Source of the DNA: Hypanus sabinus
Taxonomy: Eukaryota
DNA length: 64,000 nucleotides
NCBI RefSeq assembly: GCF_030144855.1
Contig: NC_082706.1
Location: 171,120,001-171,184,000, forward strand
Direction: 5' to 3'
Part shown: positions 12,477-25,939 of the stretch, in pieces
How the letters are laid out: each line of letters begins with the position of its first letter
How positions within the stretch are numbered: the stretch's first letter is position 1
Translations under genes and position numbers: made by a program
The notes under the pieces: generated by a model
What the model was told of the DNA's origin: nothing
The model's input: the letters and a program-made list of their open reading frames with translations, nothing else
Database searches by the model: none

Positions 12477-14674
12477 TCATGAATTTAAAATTAACTCCTG
12501 CAAGACAGTATGGTCAAGTGAACTAACAAAGGAAAAACTATAAAATGAACTACATCTGATTAAAAATACAAAATGTTCAACGATTTACCAATATGTTTGG
12601 ATATATTCTCATGCTGAAATATCAATTCATTAAAGACGTTCACTCCAATGAACTGCAATTCACTTCCCCGTGAGGTTTTGAACAATGGTATGACACTATG
12701 CTTAGAAATAAGGTGACAGTTTTCATAGCTGAAGCCAGTAACACTGAAAGGCTGAAACAGCAAGCAGAATAGCAAGAACTAAAATAATAACCCAGTGCAA
12801 CACTGAGGAAACTGATGTATTCTAGCATTTTAGTGTGAGAAATTCAGTATGTCTCTAGGTGGTTACTGATAGTGTAATGATATTTCTGACAGTCTCTGTG
12901 TGCGTGTAGTACCATGTAATGATACAAGACACTAAATTCCACTTGCAATTAATTGTAAGTAAAGTACTAAGTGCATTTTGATAGTGGTATATTCTTCAAA
13001 CAGTGAAAATTCCACATTTTCCTAGATATGCAAGGCAGGTGAATGAGAGAAAAGTAAAGTTTGTGGAACTACTGAAGAACTTATTGCAGCTGGAATTTCA
13101 TTATCCATTCCATACGAAAAAAATCAGATGCTAGCATTGATTGTATAAGTATCAGTCACGATGTCAAAGCTGTTAATGCAGATACATAAAATTGTCAAAT
13201 AAGACAGCATCAACTCTTAAAACTGCTAGTACCTGCCTGAGAACACCAAGATACATACATAACATAAATCACCCCAATATTATGCAACAAAACAGGCCTA
13301 ACTATATAGCCATATTTGAACCTGTATATGCAGTCACAACACTTGTGATTTTGCTGCCTAAAGTCAATTTCAATATTGCATTTACCAAATTTATCATTTT
13401 TGAAGCAGTGTATAGTACCATACTTAAATTCCAAGTTACCAAGATTCTTAGTTATCAATTAGTAACCAAACCACTACCTTTTTCATTAATAATCTGTTTA
13501 CTCAAAACAGTACCTATTAAAAAAAGTGCATCTATTCAGAACCTTTCACTGCACTAGGATACTCTCAAACTCCAATCCCAATGTCAGTTATAATGTAGTT
13601 ATGGTATATTTTCAAATCTAGTTCTTAGTAACAATAGGAATAATGGGATCTACTGATACAACACCTAGCTCCTCCACCATCAACTCAGGATCAAGCTGAA
13701 CTTCCCCAGTCCTCAATGGTCATATCTCTGAATTCAACACCAACACTGTTTTTCCTGCCAGAAGAGATCTAAACAATTCCAACCCATTTGAAAATTCACT
13801 CTAAAAATCACTTGATATTTAGAGCTCACCCATTCTTCGAATTTAAGAGTAATACATTTTTGTAACTTTCATGACATTTGTAAGATTAACTTCTGTACTT
13901 TTGTTGCACTTCTTCTCAGTATTTATCTTCTCAGATCATGTTCCATATGAGCTCACAAAAGTATCACTATCAATATATAGTTTTTTTTTATTCTTATACC
14001 AGATATTTCCCCTTGCAATTCAAGCAAATCTTGCTTTTATCTGCATGTTAACTTTCTGCATCTTATTGCTTTTGAATGATATGTCCCGGCTCTCTGATAG
14101 AATTGTCCTGGTCTATATCCTTAAAAACATCTCAATATTTCAAAAATTTTGATTGTCCTTGCCATAAGAGATTTGAATTGAAGCTACGCACCTTCCTGCA
14201 GTTAACTGCTTGCTAAGTTTGTGGTTCAATAGAAAATATTTGGCAATCGAAGTAAGTAATAGACACCCTCCAGCATTTTGAGAGTGTTGCATGTATTAAA
14301 TATAGAATATGAACATACAACCTTCAGACCAGACATGAAGAAACTGTCACATCCCAGATTACTTCACAGCTATTATTATATATTATTCTTTATACAGTGA
14401 TCTTGGTGTAACAATGAAATAACTTACCAGTTTCTTGAGAAAGTTGAGGAATGCTAAAATAGTAACCAGATCTGCTCATTTATATATTACACGAGATCAA
14501 TAAACTCAATCTCTTTCAAATCACCTGCCTCTGCATAACATAGCAAGTGCTAGTCTGAATTATATATCCAATCTAAATTCTAATATCTGATTTGCTATTA
14601 CTTTAAGCTGCAAATACAAGGTTTCAGCAAATAAAATCAATGCACAAAACTGTCCTTATCCACATAAAGCATCA

Positions 14675-14803
<129 letters not shown>

Positions 14804-14820
14804 TTACAGTCAGCTTCAGA

Positions 14821-14885
14821 ACTGGCTCAGAATAGCGTATAAATTAATCACGTAGTTTCATTTACTGAATATCCTCCTTGCCAGT
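14821..14885 (-). ncRNA. SNORD54: Box C/D snoRNA SNORD54 (U54), guide for 18S rRNA Gm644 (human numbering), in RPS20 intron 2
   Basis: Terminal stem actggc/gccagt, C-like AGGAGGA, D' ATGA, C' GTGATTA, guide TATACGCTATT then D box CTGA (complementary to 18S AAUAGCGUAUA); ~70 nt from the acceptor; same host gene as in mammals. Confidence 0.92.
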
Positions 14886-15257
14886 AGAAACAAAACCCTG
14901 TAATTTCATTGGAACGAAAGGAAGCACTTTTGTTTAAAAGTACAACCTTTTTAAACAAACCTTATGCTTGTAAACTCAAAACTTGAGCCTCCAAATGAGA
15001 AAATTTGCATTGATAATTAAAAATCAAACTGAGGCTTTCAAACAATTCGAAGCAAAAACAATTTAACCAACTTTTCTTGGTTAAATTTAAATTTGCATAC
15101 AAGTCCAAACTGTCCAGCTACATGTCCTTGCTGCTCATTAAAGTACTGATCCAATTACTCAAGTGTGCACACCTACCACTGACTAAGAACTTAAAAAATT
15201 TTTACTCTCAATATTTACAAAAAAAATCTTTAAAATCCACTTTGCACATATGCTTAC

Positions 15258-15357
15258 CTTTCTCAAGTGATTTTACATTTCGGCTGGTCAAAGTAATTCT
15301 AATGCGGTGGATTGCAACCTCCTGTTCTACCGGTGCTTTGCTAGCGTCTTTAAATGC
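15258..15357 (-). CDS. RPS20: RPS20 coding exon 2 (100 bp)
   Basis: [33 protein letters not shown]; AG/GT boundaries; K4 and K8 (ZNF598 ubiquitination sites in mammals) retained. Confidence 0.97.
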
Positions 15358-15989
15358 CTTTATGAGTGAAAAGTAAAGAAATGCAAATTAAAATTAGATT
15401 CTCAAAAGAACATAGCTTGTATTTTTCATCTCCTGAGTAATGTTAAAAATGATTTAGTTAAAACTAGTCTGATACCATATTAAAGTCAATTATAGAAGTT
15501 AACTGATTCAAGTTGTTCAATACCTATACATCTAAGGAATGCTAGAAATACTCAGTTACTGTCTGAGAGAAACATGATATGAATTATGCTCTGACAATCA
15601 TTGGCCATCTGTGCCTCACAATGACTTACTGACCATTGACGTTGCCAAACAAGGTCCAATGTACTGGAGGTGAGGTAATCATTTCTTTCTGTCACAGATT
15701 CAGCTTGAAGTTTGAAAACAGTGCCTCACTGACATGGGCCAGTCAACATCACTCCAGGGAAGAGCACGGAGTTTTACTTATTCAAATAAAAGACATTCAA
15801 ATGAATAAACCCTTTGCCTGTGCTCTTTCCTGGAGTAAATTTAGATGGGATTTTATTTCTAGTATTTAAATATCCCTCAATTGTGCTAGACATGCAACAG
15901 AATTGTGTGCAATTCTGTTTGTCCCATTACAGTACAGACATGGAAGCTTAAGTGGTCTACCAGGATCTGAGTTGGAAGCAATGAGATAC

Positions 15990-16350
15990 AAGGTAAGGTT
16001 GTACAAGCTTATGTTGTTTTCTCTGGAGGAACAAAGGGAGATCTGGTAGAGTTTATACAATTATGGGAGCTACAGACAAGGTAGATAGAATCTTTTTCCC
16101 GGGGTACAAATTTCAATCACCACAGGACATGCATTTAAAGGGGGGGGGGGGGTTAAAGGAAACGTATAGGTCAAAGCTTATTTCAAATAGAGTGGTAGAT
16201 GCCTGGAATGGACAGACAGGGATAGTGGCGAAAGCAAACATGTGATGACACTTTATGACATGCACACGAATGTACAGGCAGAAGAGACAGTTTAATTTAA
16301 CAGAATTCAAGGAGCCTGTCTGTTCCTGTGCTGCACTGTCCCATGTTTAC
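15990..16350 (+). mobile_element. Decayed CR1 3' fragment in RPS20 intron 1
   Basis: ggagatctggtagagtttatacaattatg...agagtggtagatgcctggaatg (RVVDAWN). Confidence 0.6.
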
Positions 16351-16869
16351 TATTTAAAGGCACGAATAATTAGTCAGACTCAATATCTTTTTTTCATGTA
16401 TCAGCATCCTTTTCTACAACGTATCCGTCAACTGTACACAATGCCACCCATCTTTGCGTAACTGATAAACGTGTATACACAAGTCCGACTAGCATTGTCC
16501 GCAACATTTAGAAATAAAACCTAAAAAGTCAAACAAGGCCCAAGTAACTAGAAATAAAAACCCACTGGAATTTTGAAGATTAACTGCTAGTATCAAGCAG
16601 ATTTACCCTTCAACTGATCTTTACTGGTACTGATAGTTGCAGTGCTTCCTATGAGCACGTAATCTGCACTGTACTCTAGATCTCATCTACATCGCAGGAC
16701 TGTGAAGATAACACATTAAGCGATGGCTGTAAAATCACCACTGGTGTAGTGGATGAAAGGTAAAATCCGGGCGAAGTTTTTGGAACTTTGGAGGAGAATA
16801 TAAAAGGGACCGGTATAGGTTCAGCATGGATTGGGTAGCCAAAGGGCCCGTTTCCCTAACTCAAGAGCA

Positions 16870-17520
16870 GCAGCAGCGACGGGAGTGGGGCGCCGGCGGC
16901 ACGTGGACAAATCCAGGCCCAGGCCCAGGCCCGGGCCCGCACCGACTAGCGGACACCCGCGATCCCGCCCGGCGCTGCTCACCATGGTGACTTCCTGACC
17001 GACTTATCCGTCGACTTTTCTCCTCCCCGTCGGGAACTTTGAAAGTGAGCGAACAGCGGTGAGTCAGGAGTCAGCGAGCCGATCAGCCTGGGCCCTCGGT
17101 CACAGCTAAAGAGGAAGTGGCGCGGCCTGGGCGCCGCTTAAATCGGGCTCCAGCAGCCGCCCCGGAAGGAAACACGACGTGGGGCGGAGCCGCCAGCTGG
17201 CGGCATGGAGCTGTGGAGGCCGCGGCAACGCTCCTCACTTTGGAAATGTACGCGTGTCCTGGATTAACCCCGAAGGCAATCTTGGCTCAGCGCACGGCCT
17301 TATCCTCAGGAGCAATGGAGGGGAGCCGTGCAGAAGCCTGATTCAGCGGACCGGGATTTTAGTGACACCAAAACTCATATTAATGCTGCTAAAACCATTT
17401 GTCAGATGACATATTTGACATAAATTAACGGACTTTTTTTTTCAGAATAACTATTGCATATGTGTGAATGTGTGTTTTCATTGGATTCGCTCGCAGGAGC
17501 GTGTTTATCACGTCTGGGGC
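16870..17520 (-). promoter_or_regulatory. RPS20: RPS20 CpG island/promoter with 5'TOP tract CTTCCTCTTT (17117-17108) and TATA-like ATTTAAG ~25 nt upstream
   Basis: Dense CpG; GC box ggggcgga ~17181; polypyrimidine start typical of ribosomal protein genes. Confidence 0.88.
16983..16985 (-). CDS. RPS20: RPS20 exon 1 coding part (ATG only); exon 1 ~17115-16983
   Basis: gtcaccATG|gtgagc; 3+100+74+183 = 360 nt = 119 aa + stop. Confidence 0.93.
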
Positions 17521-17679
17521 TCCTGCCTGCACAGGGTTAGGTCGAAAGCTTTTATGGCCAAAAGAGTAACCCAGTGGATAAAGAGCTGTTCTCCGAAGCT
17601 CACTTAGCCACTCAAAACCTTACGAATAATATAGCAGAATAGTGCTCCACAGTACCTATACTCCGTGATCAATCTAGTC

Positions 17680-20330
17680 CTTCACAGGCCATTAAAAATA
17701 ACAAAATAATAAATAGATAAGCAATTAATATTGAGAAAGTGACAGAGTCCTTGAAAGTAAGTCCATAGGTTGTGGGAACAGCTGAGTGTTGGGATGAGTG
17801 AAGTTAACCCCTCTGGTTCAAGATGGTTGAAGGGTAATAACTGTTCCTGAACAGTTGCTGGTGAGGCTCCTGTGCCTCTTTCCTGATGACAACAGCGAGA
17901 AGGGCGGGGGGAGGGGGTGTCTCTGCACATAATCTGTACTAATGGTGATTGCAGAGGAGATGTTGGCACTCTGAACTGACTGGGGTCTATGCCTGAGGAA
18001 AGAGTGGATCCTATTGCACAAGGAAGTATTGAGGTCTAGATCTTGCAGCTTACTGATTAACTTTAAGGGGAATTACAGTATTAAATGCAGTCAATGAAGA
18101 GCATGCTTATGTGTGCATCTTCAATGTCCAAATGTTTCTGGGTTGAGTGAAAAAAGCTAAGACCTCAAATTTATTAAAGTATATGTCACCATAAACCCTG
18201 AAATTCATTTTCTTGTTGGTATTTTAATAAATCTATAGAATAATAGCCATACAGAATCATTGGCGGAGCACTCATCTTGGGTGTTCCAACCAGAATGCAG
18301 AAGAAAGAAACTGCTCAAATACAAAAAGAAATAATAAATATTGAGAACACAAGATGAATAGTCCTTGTAAGTGAGTCCATTGGTTGTAGGAATATTTCAA
18401 TAATGGGCAAGTGCTTTACCTGTAATGGACTGGGCCACATGCATGACTTTCTTCATAATTGCACTTGCATGCTAGGACAACGAGAGGTCCTCTGAAATAA
18501 TATACCAAGAAACTTAAAGTCTAACTTTCATCACCTCTGATCCCCTGATGAGGATTGGTTCATAAACCTCTGTATTCTGTTCCTGCAGTCAATAATCAGC
18601 TTCTTGGTCTTGCTGACATTGTGTATGGTACCACTAGGCTTTATTCTCAATCTCCTTTCTACATGCTGATTCATCACCGTCTTTGATTTGGCTTATGACT
18701 GGTGTCATCAGAACACCTGAATATGGCATTAGAGCTGTACTTAGTGATAGAGTAAAATAGAGCAGAGGGCTACACAAACAGCCTTGTAGTGCACCTGTAC
18801 TAATGGAGGTCTTGAAGCTTATTATTAGTTTTGAGGGGGTGTTGGTATTGAATGCTGAGCTGTGGTCAATAAAGAACACCCTGATGCATGCATCTTTGCT
18901 GTCCAGATTCTCCAGGGTTGAGTGAAGAGCCAATGAGATGGCATCTGCTGTGAACTTGTTGCCCTGGTGGACAAGTTGGAGTAGATTTAAGTCACTCCTC
19001 AGGCAGGAGTTTATATGTTTCCTCACCAACCTCTCAGAACACTTCACTATGGAAATACAGAAAGTCCTGGGTGATAGTCATTTGAGGCAGGTCACTACAC
19101 TCTTCTTGGGCTGGATGTTTTTCATGGGTTCACCCTCCAGAAGGCTGCTCACGCATCAGCCTCAGACTGAAATCATAGCTTCATCATGGGATGTGGGAGT
19201 TTCTGATGGTTCCTCCATGTGTTGGTCAAAATGAGAATATAAGTCTTTGACCTCATCTATCAGTGAAGACCTGCTGTCACCCATGTCACTTGATTTCACT
19301 TCACAAGACATGATAGTATTCAAGCACTGCCATAACTGTTGAATTTCCTTTGTGATTCAAGTTTAGTTCAGAGTTGTCACTTTGCCCGTGAAATAGCTTT
19401 CTGGAGATTGTACCTGGACCTCTTGTAGCTTTCTTGGTCACCATACTTGAAAGCCTCTGGCCCTCAGCAGACTGCAGATGTCATGGTTCATCCAGGCCTT
19501 CTGATTGGGGAAGACTGAATGATTTTGTGGGGACACACTCATCTACAATTTTTTTAATTAAGTCAATTACAACATATTATATTCATTCTGATCCACAGGT
19601 GAGTTCTTGAACACTGCCCAGTCCACTGACTCGATACAATCCCGTAGCCATTCCTCCGCCTGCTGCAAATACCACTTTGCTGTCCTAATCTCAGGAGCCT
19701 TGCTCTACTTGTACATGGGTAAATGATCCAATTTACTGAAAAGTGGTCTGGGCACAGAATAATATGTTTTCCTTATTTTAATATAGCAATGGCCAAGTAG
19801 TGCATTAGGACCTCAGGTTATATAATTGGGCAGGATTTTTTTCAAGAAGCCTGGCTGAATTCCCTGACTACAATTTGAAATGTGCTGGATAGTCTATTTC
19901 TGGCTTGCAATTATCTCACGTGATTGATTAGAGTTGACTGCTGGTGGTATGCAAGTTGGTCAGAATTATGGAGGAGAACTCCCTAGGTAAATAGAACAGA
20001 CAGCATTTGATGGTGGATAGTGGGGAGAACACGAGTTCAACAAAACCTCCACACTAGAGTACCACAAATAATATGAAAAACACACCACCTCCTTTTGCAT
20101 TTTCTGAATCAGCAGTTTGACCTATTCAGTAAAATCAAGAAGCCCTCTGGTTTAACCGTTGTATCTAGTGTGCTGGGAGGCAGCATAGTTTCACTCAGAC
20201 AGAATACAACCGACACTTTTCCTCTGCGATATAGTATTCTTGCCCTCAGGTCCTCATTTTGTTCTCCAGTAACTGCACATTTGCAAACAAGATGCTGAGT
20301 AGAGGTGGCTTCGTCCCGCTGCATTTCAGC
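17680..20330 (-). mobile_element. Decayed Rex1/Babar-like LINE copies (17680-18150 and near full-length ~18165-20330)
   Basis: TADAISLALHSTLENLDSKDACIRVFFIDHSSAFNT, GALQGCLCSPLLY; endonuclease-region remnants near 19800-20040. Confidence 0.8.
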
Positions 20331-20579
20331 ATGGCTGGAATCCTCCCCTCCTGCTTCACTTCCAGCCACGACAAAGAATCTTCCTCTGCCTAAATGCACT
20401 GTACCTGGCTGTCCCACCAAGACCTTCAGATAATCATGGACTCTGTAGACCAAGTTGATTTAAAAACACATTGCTTAGAGGGAAATTACGTGCTACAGAT
20501 TGCAGTGAGAATAAGTCAAGAGGCATGTTTAAAAATATATTTAGGAGTACTGCCTGAACTGACAAAATGACATCATGTT

Positions 20580-21880
20580 TCACCTGTGCCACCGTGCTGT
20601 TCAATGAAGAACCAATGAAAAGGCATCTGCTGTTGACCTGTTGAGCCAGAAGGCAAATTGGAATGGATACAAGTTTCTCCTTAGACTGTAGTTGATACAT
20701 TTCATCACCCAACTCTTAAAGCACTTCAGCACAATGGATGAAGTGCTACTGGATGATGGTCATTCAGGCTTCCACTTTCTTAGGCACCAATGTAATTGAA
20801 GCTTGCTTGAAGCAGGTAGATACCTCATTGCCAAAGTGAGAGGTTAAAGATATCAGTGATCACTCCAACCAGTTGATCAACACCGGTCTTTAGTACTCAG
20901 ACAGGTATCCCATCTTGTCAGGTTGCTTTCTGTGGGTTCACTCTCCTGAAGGATGCTCACATTGACTTCAGAGACTGAGATCACAGCATTGGCAAGGACT
21001 GTATGTGTTCCTGAAGGTACCTCCATGCTTTGATGGTCAAAATGAGTGTAAAGCCATTGAGTTCATCTAGGATTGAAACTTTGTTGTCACCAATGTCAGT
21101 TGGTGATTGCTGTCAAGCTATGTCACAGTTGTCGAGCATTCTTCCATGATTCAAGTTTGGTCCAGAACTGCCAATTCATGAAATGTCTTTCTGGCAGATA
21201 TTCCTGGGCCTTATATCTTTCTTGCTCAGCAGAACTAACTGGCACTGATCTAGCCCTCAGTAGAATGAGGTTCATCCAGGACTTCTGATTGGGGAAGATT
21301 GAACAATCTTATGGGGACACTCATTGACAGCAGTTTTTAAAGTCTGTGACAGTCATGGCGCATTCGTTGAGATCCTCCAATGAATCCTTAAACATGGCCC
21401 AGTCTACCAACTCAAAGCAATACCATAGCTATTCCTCTGCCTCCCACAAACACCTCTTTGCTGTCCTTATTTCTAGAGTCTTGATCTGTATGTAGGTAGG
21501 AGGAAGACAGCCTGATGATCAGATTTCCTGAAATGCGATCGAAGGATGAAACATAAGCATTCCTAATCATCTTGGTCAAGTCTGTTGAGGCCATTTGTGT
21601 TTCATGATAACTGGGAAAAGATTTCTTCAAACAAGTCTGACTAAAGTCCCCGACCATGTTTTGAAAGACGTTGGTGTAGGTTGTTTGCTTGCTAATTACT
21701 GCAATCAATACCTCAAGTGATTGCTTAACATCGGCATTTAGCACTATGTAAAGTGCAATCAGGATTTTGGAAGAGAACTCTTTTGGCAAATAGAATGGTT
21801 GGCATTTGATCATTAGACATTCCCATGTGGGGGTAAACAAGGTTGCTGCAGCTATGTCCGAGCACCATGAAGAGCTTATC
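20580..21880 (-). mobile_element. Decayed Rex1/Babar-like LINE (endonuclease to RT start)
   Basis: ECLMIKCQPFYLPKEFSSKILIALYI...VGDFSQTCLKK. Confidence 0.8.
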
Positions 21881-21969
21881 ATGAAACATAGAGCACCATT
21901 ATTTCACTTGCACAATTTGTGTTTTGCATTTTGGTTATTTGAAAGTTTTTAGGTATAGTTTTAAATAAA

Positions 21970-22190
21970 TTAGACCACAAGACAAGAAGCAGAATTAGGC
22001 CAGTCAACCTACTTCTCCATTCCATCATGGCTGATTTACCATCCCACTCAAATGCATTTTCCTGTCTTCTCCCCATAACATTTGACACCCTGACTAATCA
22101 ACCTCTGCTTTAAATATACTGTACTCAAAAACTTGGCCTCTGCAGCTGCCCCTTGCAACAAATTCCACAAATTCATCTCCCTCCATACAA
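21970..22190 (-). mobile_element. CR1 3' end
   Basis: gaagcagaattaggcca...ccattccatcatggctgat is the reverse complement of the CR1 tail. Confidence 0.7.
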
Positions 22191-25100
22191 GAGGTAAGCC
22201 ATGTAGGACAAAGGAGAGTGAGGAGACACTTGGAGGGTGAACAGTCTTTGAAAGTGTCCGCCCCAGAGTGCCCAATCTTGGATTGAATTCAAAAGTGAGA
22301 TGCATAGATTTCTAAATATTATACAATTAAGGGTTATGGGAATAGAACAAAGTAGTGTTGAGGTAAAGATCAGCCAATATTTCTCCTATTTCTTGTATTC
22401 TGTAATCTTCACACTGGAAGTGGTAAAGATTCAGAAGCATGTTACCAAATCATTACCTGATTCCACAAGAGACTTGGCAGATATATTAATAAATTTTGCT
22501 CTGTATTGTTCAGAAGCTAATTGTTGCTCTTCACTTCAGAATGAGATCTACACTTTCCATAGGAATTTGCAAAGGGAATTTAGTTTTTTTAATAGATAAA
22601 TTTAGTAAAAAATAGATAAATACTGAAATATTTCCAAGAAAGTACATTAATCAGATCTCCAGCCACCAACTTCTCACTGGCAGATCTAATTCTTATCAGT
22701 TCTGAAATCCAAATAGCCACAACTTAACAAAATTGCATTTATTTACGTACCAAATAAAACCTCCAGAATTTCCAATTACTACTATTCTGTCTGTGTAATA
22801 ACGAGGACACATCATGGAGGCCATTTGATAGACACAAGAATATGCAGGGAATGGAGAAAAATGGATCACATACAGCCAGAAGAGATTTAGTTTAATTCAG
22901 CATTGTTTGGCATACATATCTTGAGCCATGGGGCCAGATCCAGCGCTGTTTTGCTCTATGTTCAAAATTCCTAAATCTGTTACCAGTCTAACGCAGGCTT
23001 GAGTTGATGTTTGCTAAAGCATGTGAGAAAGGTGGCACTCCACATCACACATCCTTTATAAAAGGTCATTTCCACCCACCCAACATCAACGTCTGAGAAT
23101 GAACTGCATCAAATGGTTGTTATTGAAAGACACATTTCTCATCTAGACCTAAACCCAAAATAATAACCCGAATAGTGAAAGAAAATAACATTGAAGTAGA
23201 AGGTCACCCATGACATATATAAAGAAAAAGGCTCATGGGGCCCCCAATAGAATTCTGCTTTTATTTATGTTCTTATCTCCAATATATTCCTGTAACTAAA
23301 TTCCCACATTAGGGAATCAATATAGTAAATATATCCTTCCCCGTCTTGTAATTATTCTTCTTTCCTTAGGCCAAATGAATGTTTAATGATTTCTTTGCTA
23401 TGCCTTTTAATTTTTTAAATAAAAAGAAAATGCTCTAGGCACTACAACCAATTTCTCAATACTCTTGCCCTTTTACAATAATTTGTATGTGTACACTTCA
23501 GGCTTTGTTACCATCTCTTTTGGAATTGTACTCCAGTTTATAATGTTCTTCATTGAACTTATCAAAATGTTTAAGTAACTAAGTTACACCTGCCATATGT
23601 TTTTGTTACACTATCCTGACTGTACTTTCTGGAAACCTATTTAACCCTCAGAACTAAAGTAGTTTGATTTTTGTAGGAGCTTCCTCCTTTAACACTTTAT
23701 AAGACTTATTAAAACCCTGAATTTAAATGAACAATTAAGAATTACCTGACTAGATTTGGAAAATTTTCCCGTGAGAAATTTCAAATTTTTTTCCACTTCC
23801 ACCATTTTAAAACATACAATCGTTTTGTCTTTCAGTCCAAAAATAATATCTTGAGATAGCTTAAGTAATTAATTCAACATCTATTGACAACAGATATATG
23901 CATGTACTGTTGCCAATAGAAGACTACAGTATATTTTTAATGTGAATTATATTGATGACTGGTGCTTTTAAGAAATTATCAAATCAAGATCAAAGTATTA
24001 AATTGAATTCTAACTGGTATATTTTGATGATAAGCAGATGTTTCCATTATTATACCAATGAAACTGTTGCCAGGAAATTGTCATTGTGTTTACTTTGTAT
24101 TATACCAGACCAAATGATTTTGATACAGAATCGCCCAGAAGTTGTACTAACAGTCCTAGAGCAACTATCCTGAGGGTAGAAAATGTTGTATTAGCATTAT
24201 GCTATACAAGAGAACTTTTCTACAAAAATGGAACAGCTAAAGATATGGTTCACTCTTTCACCTCTGAACAGTTGAAAGATGTTACCCTAATATCTTTCAG
24301 GTGTAAATAGTCATAGAATATAGAAGGGTCAACTGGAAAATGTTGGAAACAAACCAAAGACAAAAAAACTTGGTTACTTTTTGCACCCTCAATACGCAAT
24401 ATTGAAATTTCAACCATGTTAATTGAATTTGAATTTTTTTTTATTGCTAGTTAGATTGTATATAATGAAAGTCAACTTCAGCTTTTGATATAGCAATTAA
24501 ATGATGCAAATCAAGACCATACAAAATACAAGCTGTAGTATGCCAATCATTATTGGAGCTTAATCGGCCATTCCAAAAAGATTTTAGTTGATCCAAATTT
24601 CCTTAAATCTACTTTCCTGCCATATTCCCATAACCTTTGATTCCCTAACCGATTTAAAAAAAAATCTATCTCAGACTTGACTATATTCAGGGATTCGACC
24701 TCCACAACTTCCTGGGAGAATTCCAAAAGTGCAATCCCATGAGAGAAGAAATTCCTCTGTCAATGTTAACTGGGCATCAAACTATTCTGAGACGATGCCG
24801 TCTGACCTAGACTCTCCAAAACTCTTCCCCCCACCCCCCCAAAATTAATACCCTCCTTAATTTCCTTAGATAACCGTATTTGTTTTACCCCAATTTCCAC
24901 TCCCTCAATTAAAATCAATTCTTTCAATTAAAATCAGCACTAATTTTGCTGGGGTTATGAATTGTCTTGATTCATCTACCATAGTTTGCCTAATAATGCA
25001 TTACCTACTAGCCTCTTCATCCAGTCTATGTTAATCCATTCTGTCCACATTCTATGCAATTCTTATTTAAATTTAACACATTTCAGAATCAAGTTTCTCA

Positions 25101-25733
25101 CTCTCCAGCCAGTTGCTAATTTTATCATGCTGCGATCATTACTTCCCAGGGGATCTTTTATTCTGAGATCATTTATTAAATCCGTCTCAACACATATTCT
25201 CAGATCCAAGACAGCCTGTCCCTTGGTTGGCTCCATGGCATATTGCTCCCAGAAATCAGTCCAAGTGTGGTTTATTAATTTATTCTTATCCCTTATATTT
25301 CTAATTTGATTAACCCAAACTATTTGAAGTTACTTGTGATCAATGTTGCATTTTTACAGGCTTCCATTATTTCTGGATTTATCCACTTTCCTAGTGAGAT
25401 TCCTATTTTAGGGACTTGCACACAACTTGCACCATTCTCTTCTATCCATGTTTTTTTAAAATCCCCATCCAAATGTACCTCATCTTCAAAGCCTTGATTG
25501 TTTCTAATAAAGTTACCCATTCCATCTTTCATTGGTAGAATTACCCCATTTTGTTTCTACCTGTCCTTTTGAAAAGTAAAATAACCATCAACATATAAAT
25601 TTGAACTGATGGAGTGGTGCAGCTGGCAGGGCTGTTGCCCCAGTTCCATCAACCCAGATTCAATCCTGAATCCCTATTGCTATGTACAGCTGTCAGCTAC
25701 ACAGAATGCATCGATGAATAGTAATATCTAGAG

Positions 25734-25939
25734 CAGGGGTCCCAACCTGGGGTTCATGGACCCCTTGCTAATGGCCAAGTGGTTAAGGCTTTGGGCTAGT
25801 GATCTGAAGGTCATTAGTTCGAGCCTCAGCCAAAGCAGTGTGTGTGTCCTTGAGCAAGGCACTTAACCACACACTGCTCCTGCCCAGTGGCGGCAGTTGG
25901 ACAAGACAAGACATGGCAGAAAAAGGTTGGGAACTCCTG
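25734..25939. mobile_element. hAT (Charlie-like) MITE with a nested tRNA-SINE head (~25771-25905)
   Basis: TIRs caggggtcccaacct / aggttgggaactcctg; 8-bp TSD-like atctagag / ttctggag; insert has A box tggccaagtgg and B box agttcgagcc. Confidence 0.75.

Noticed and set aside
25771-25830. tRNA gene
   Set aside because: A/B boxes are present but there is no convincing acceptor stem, and it runs into a SINE body.
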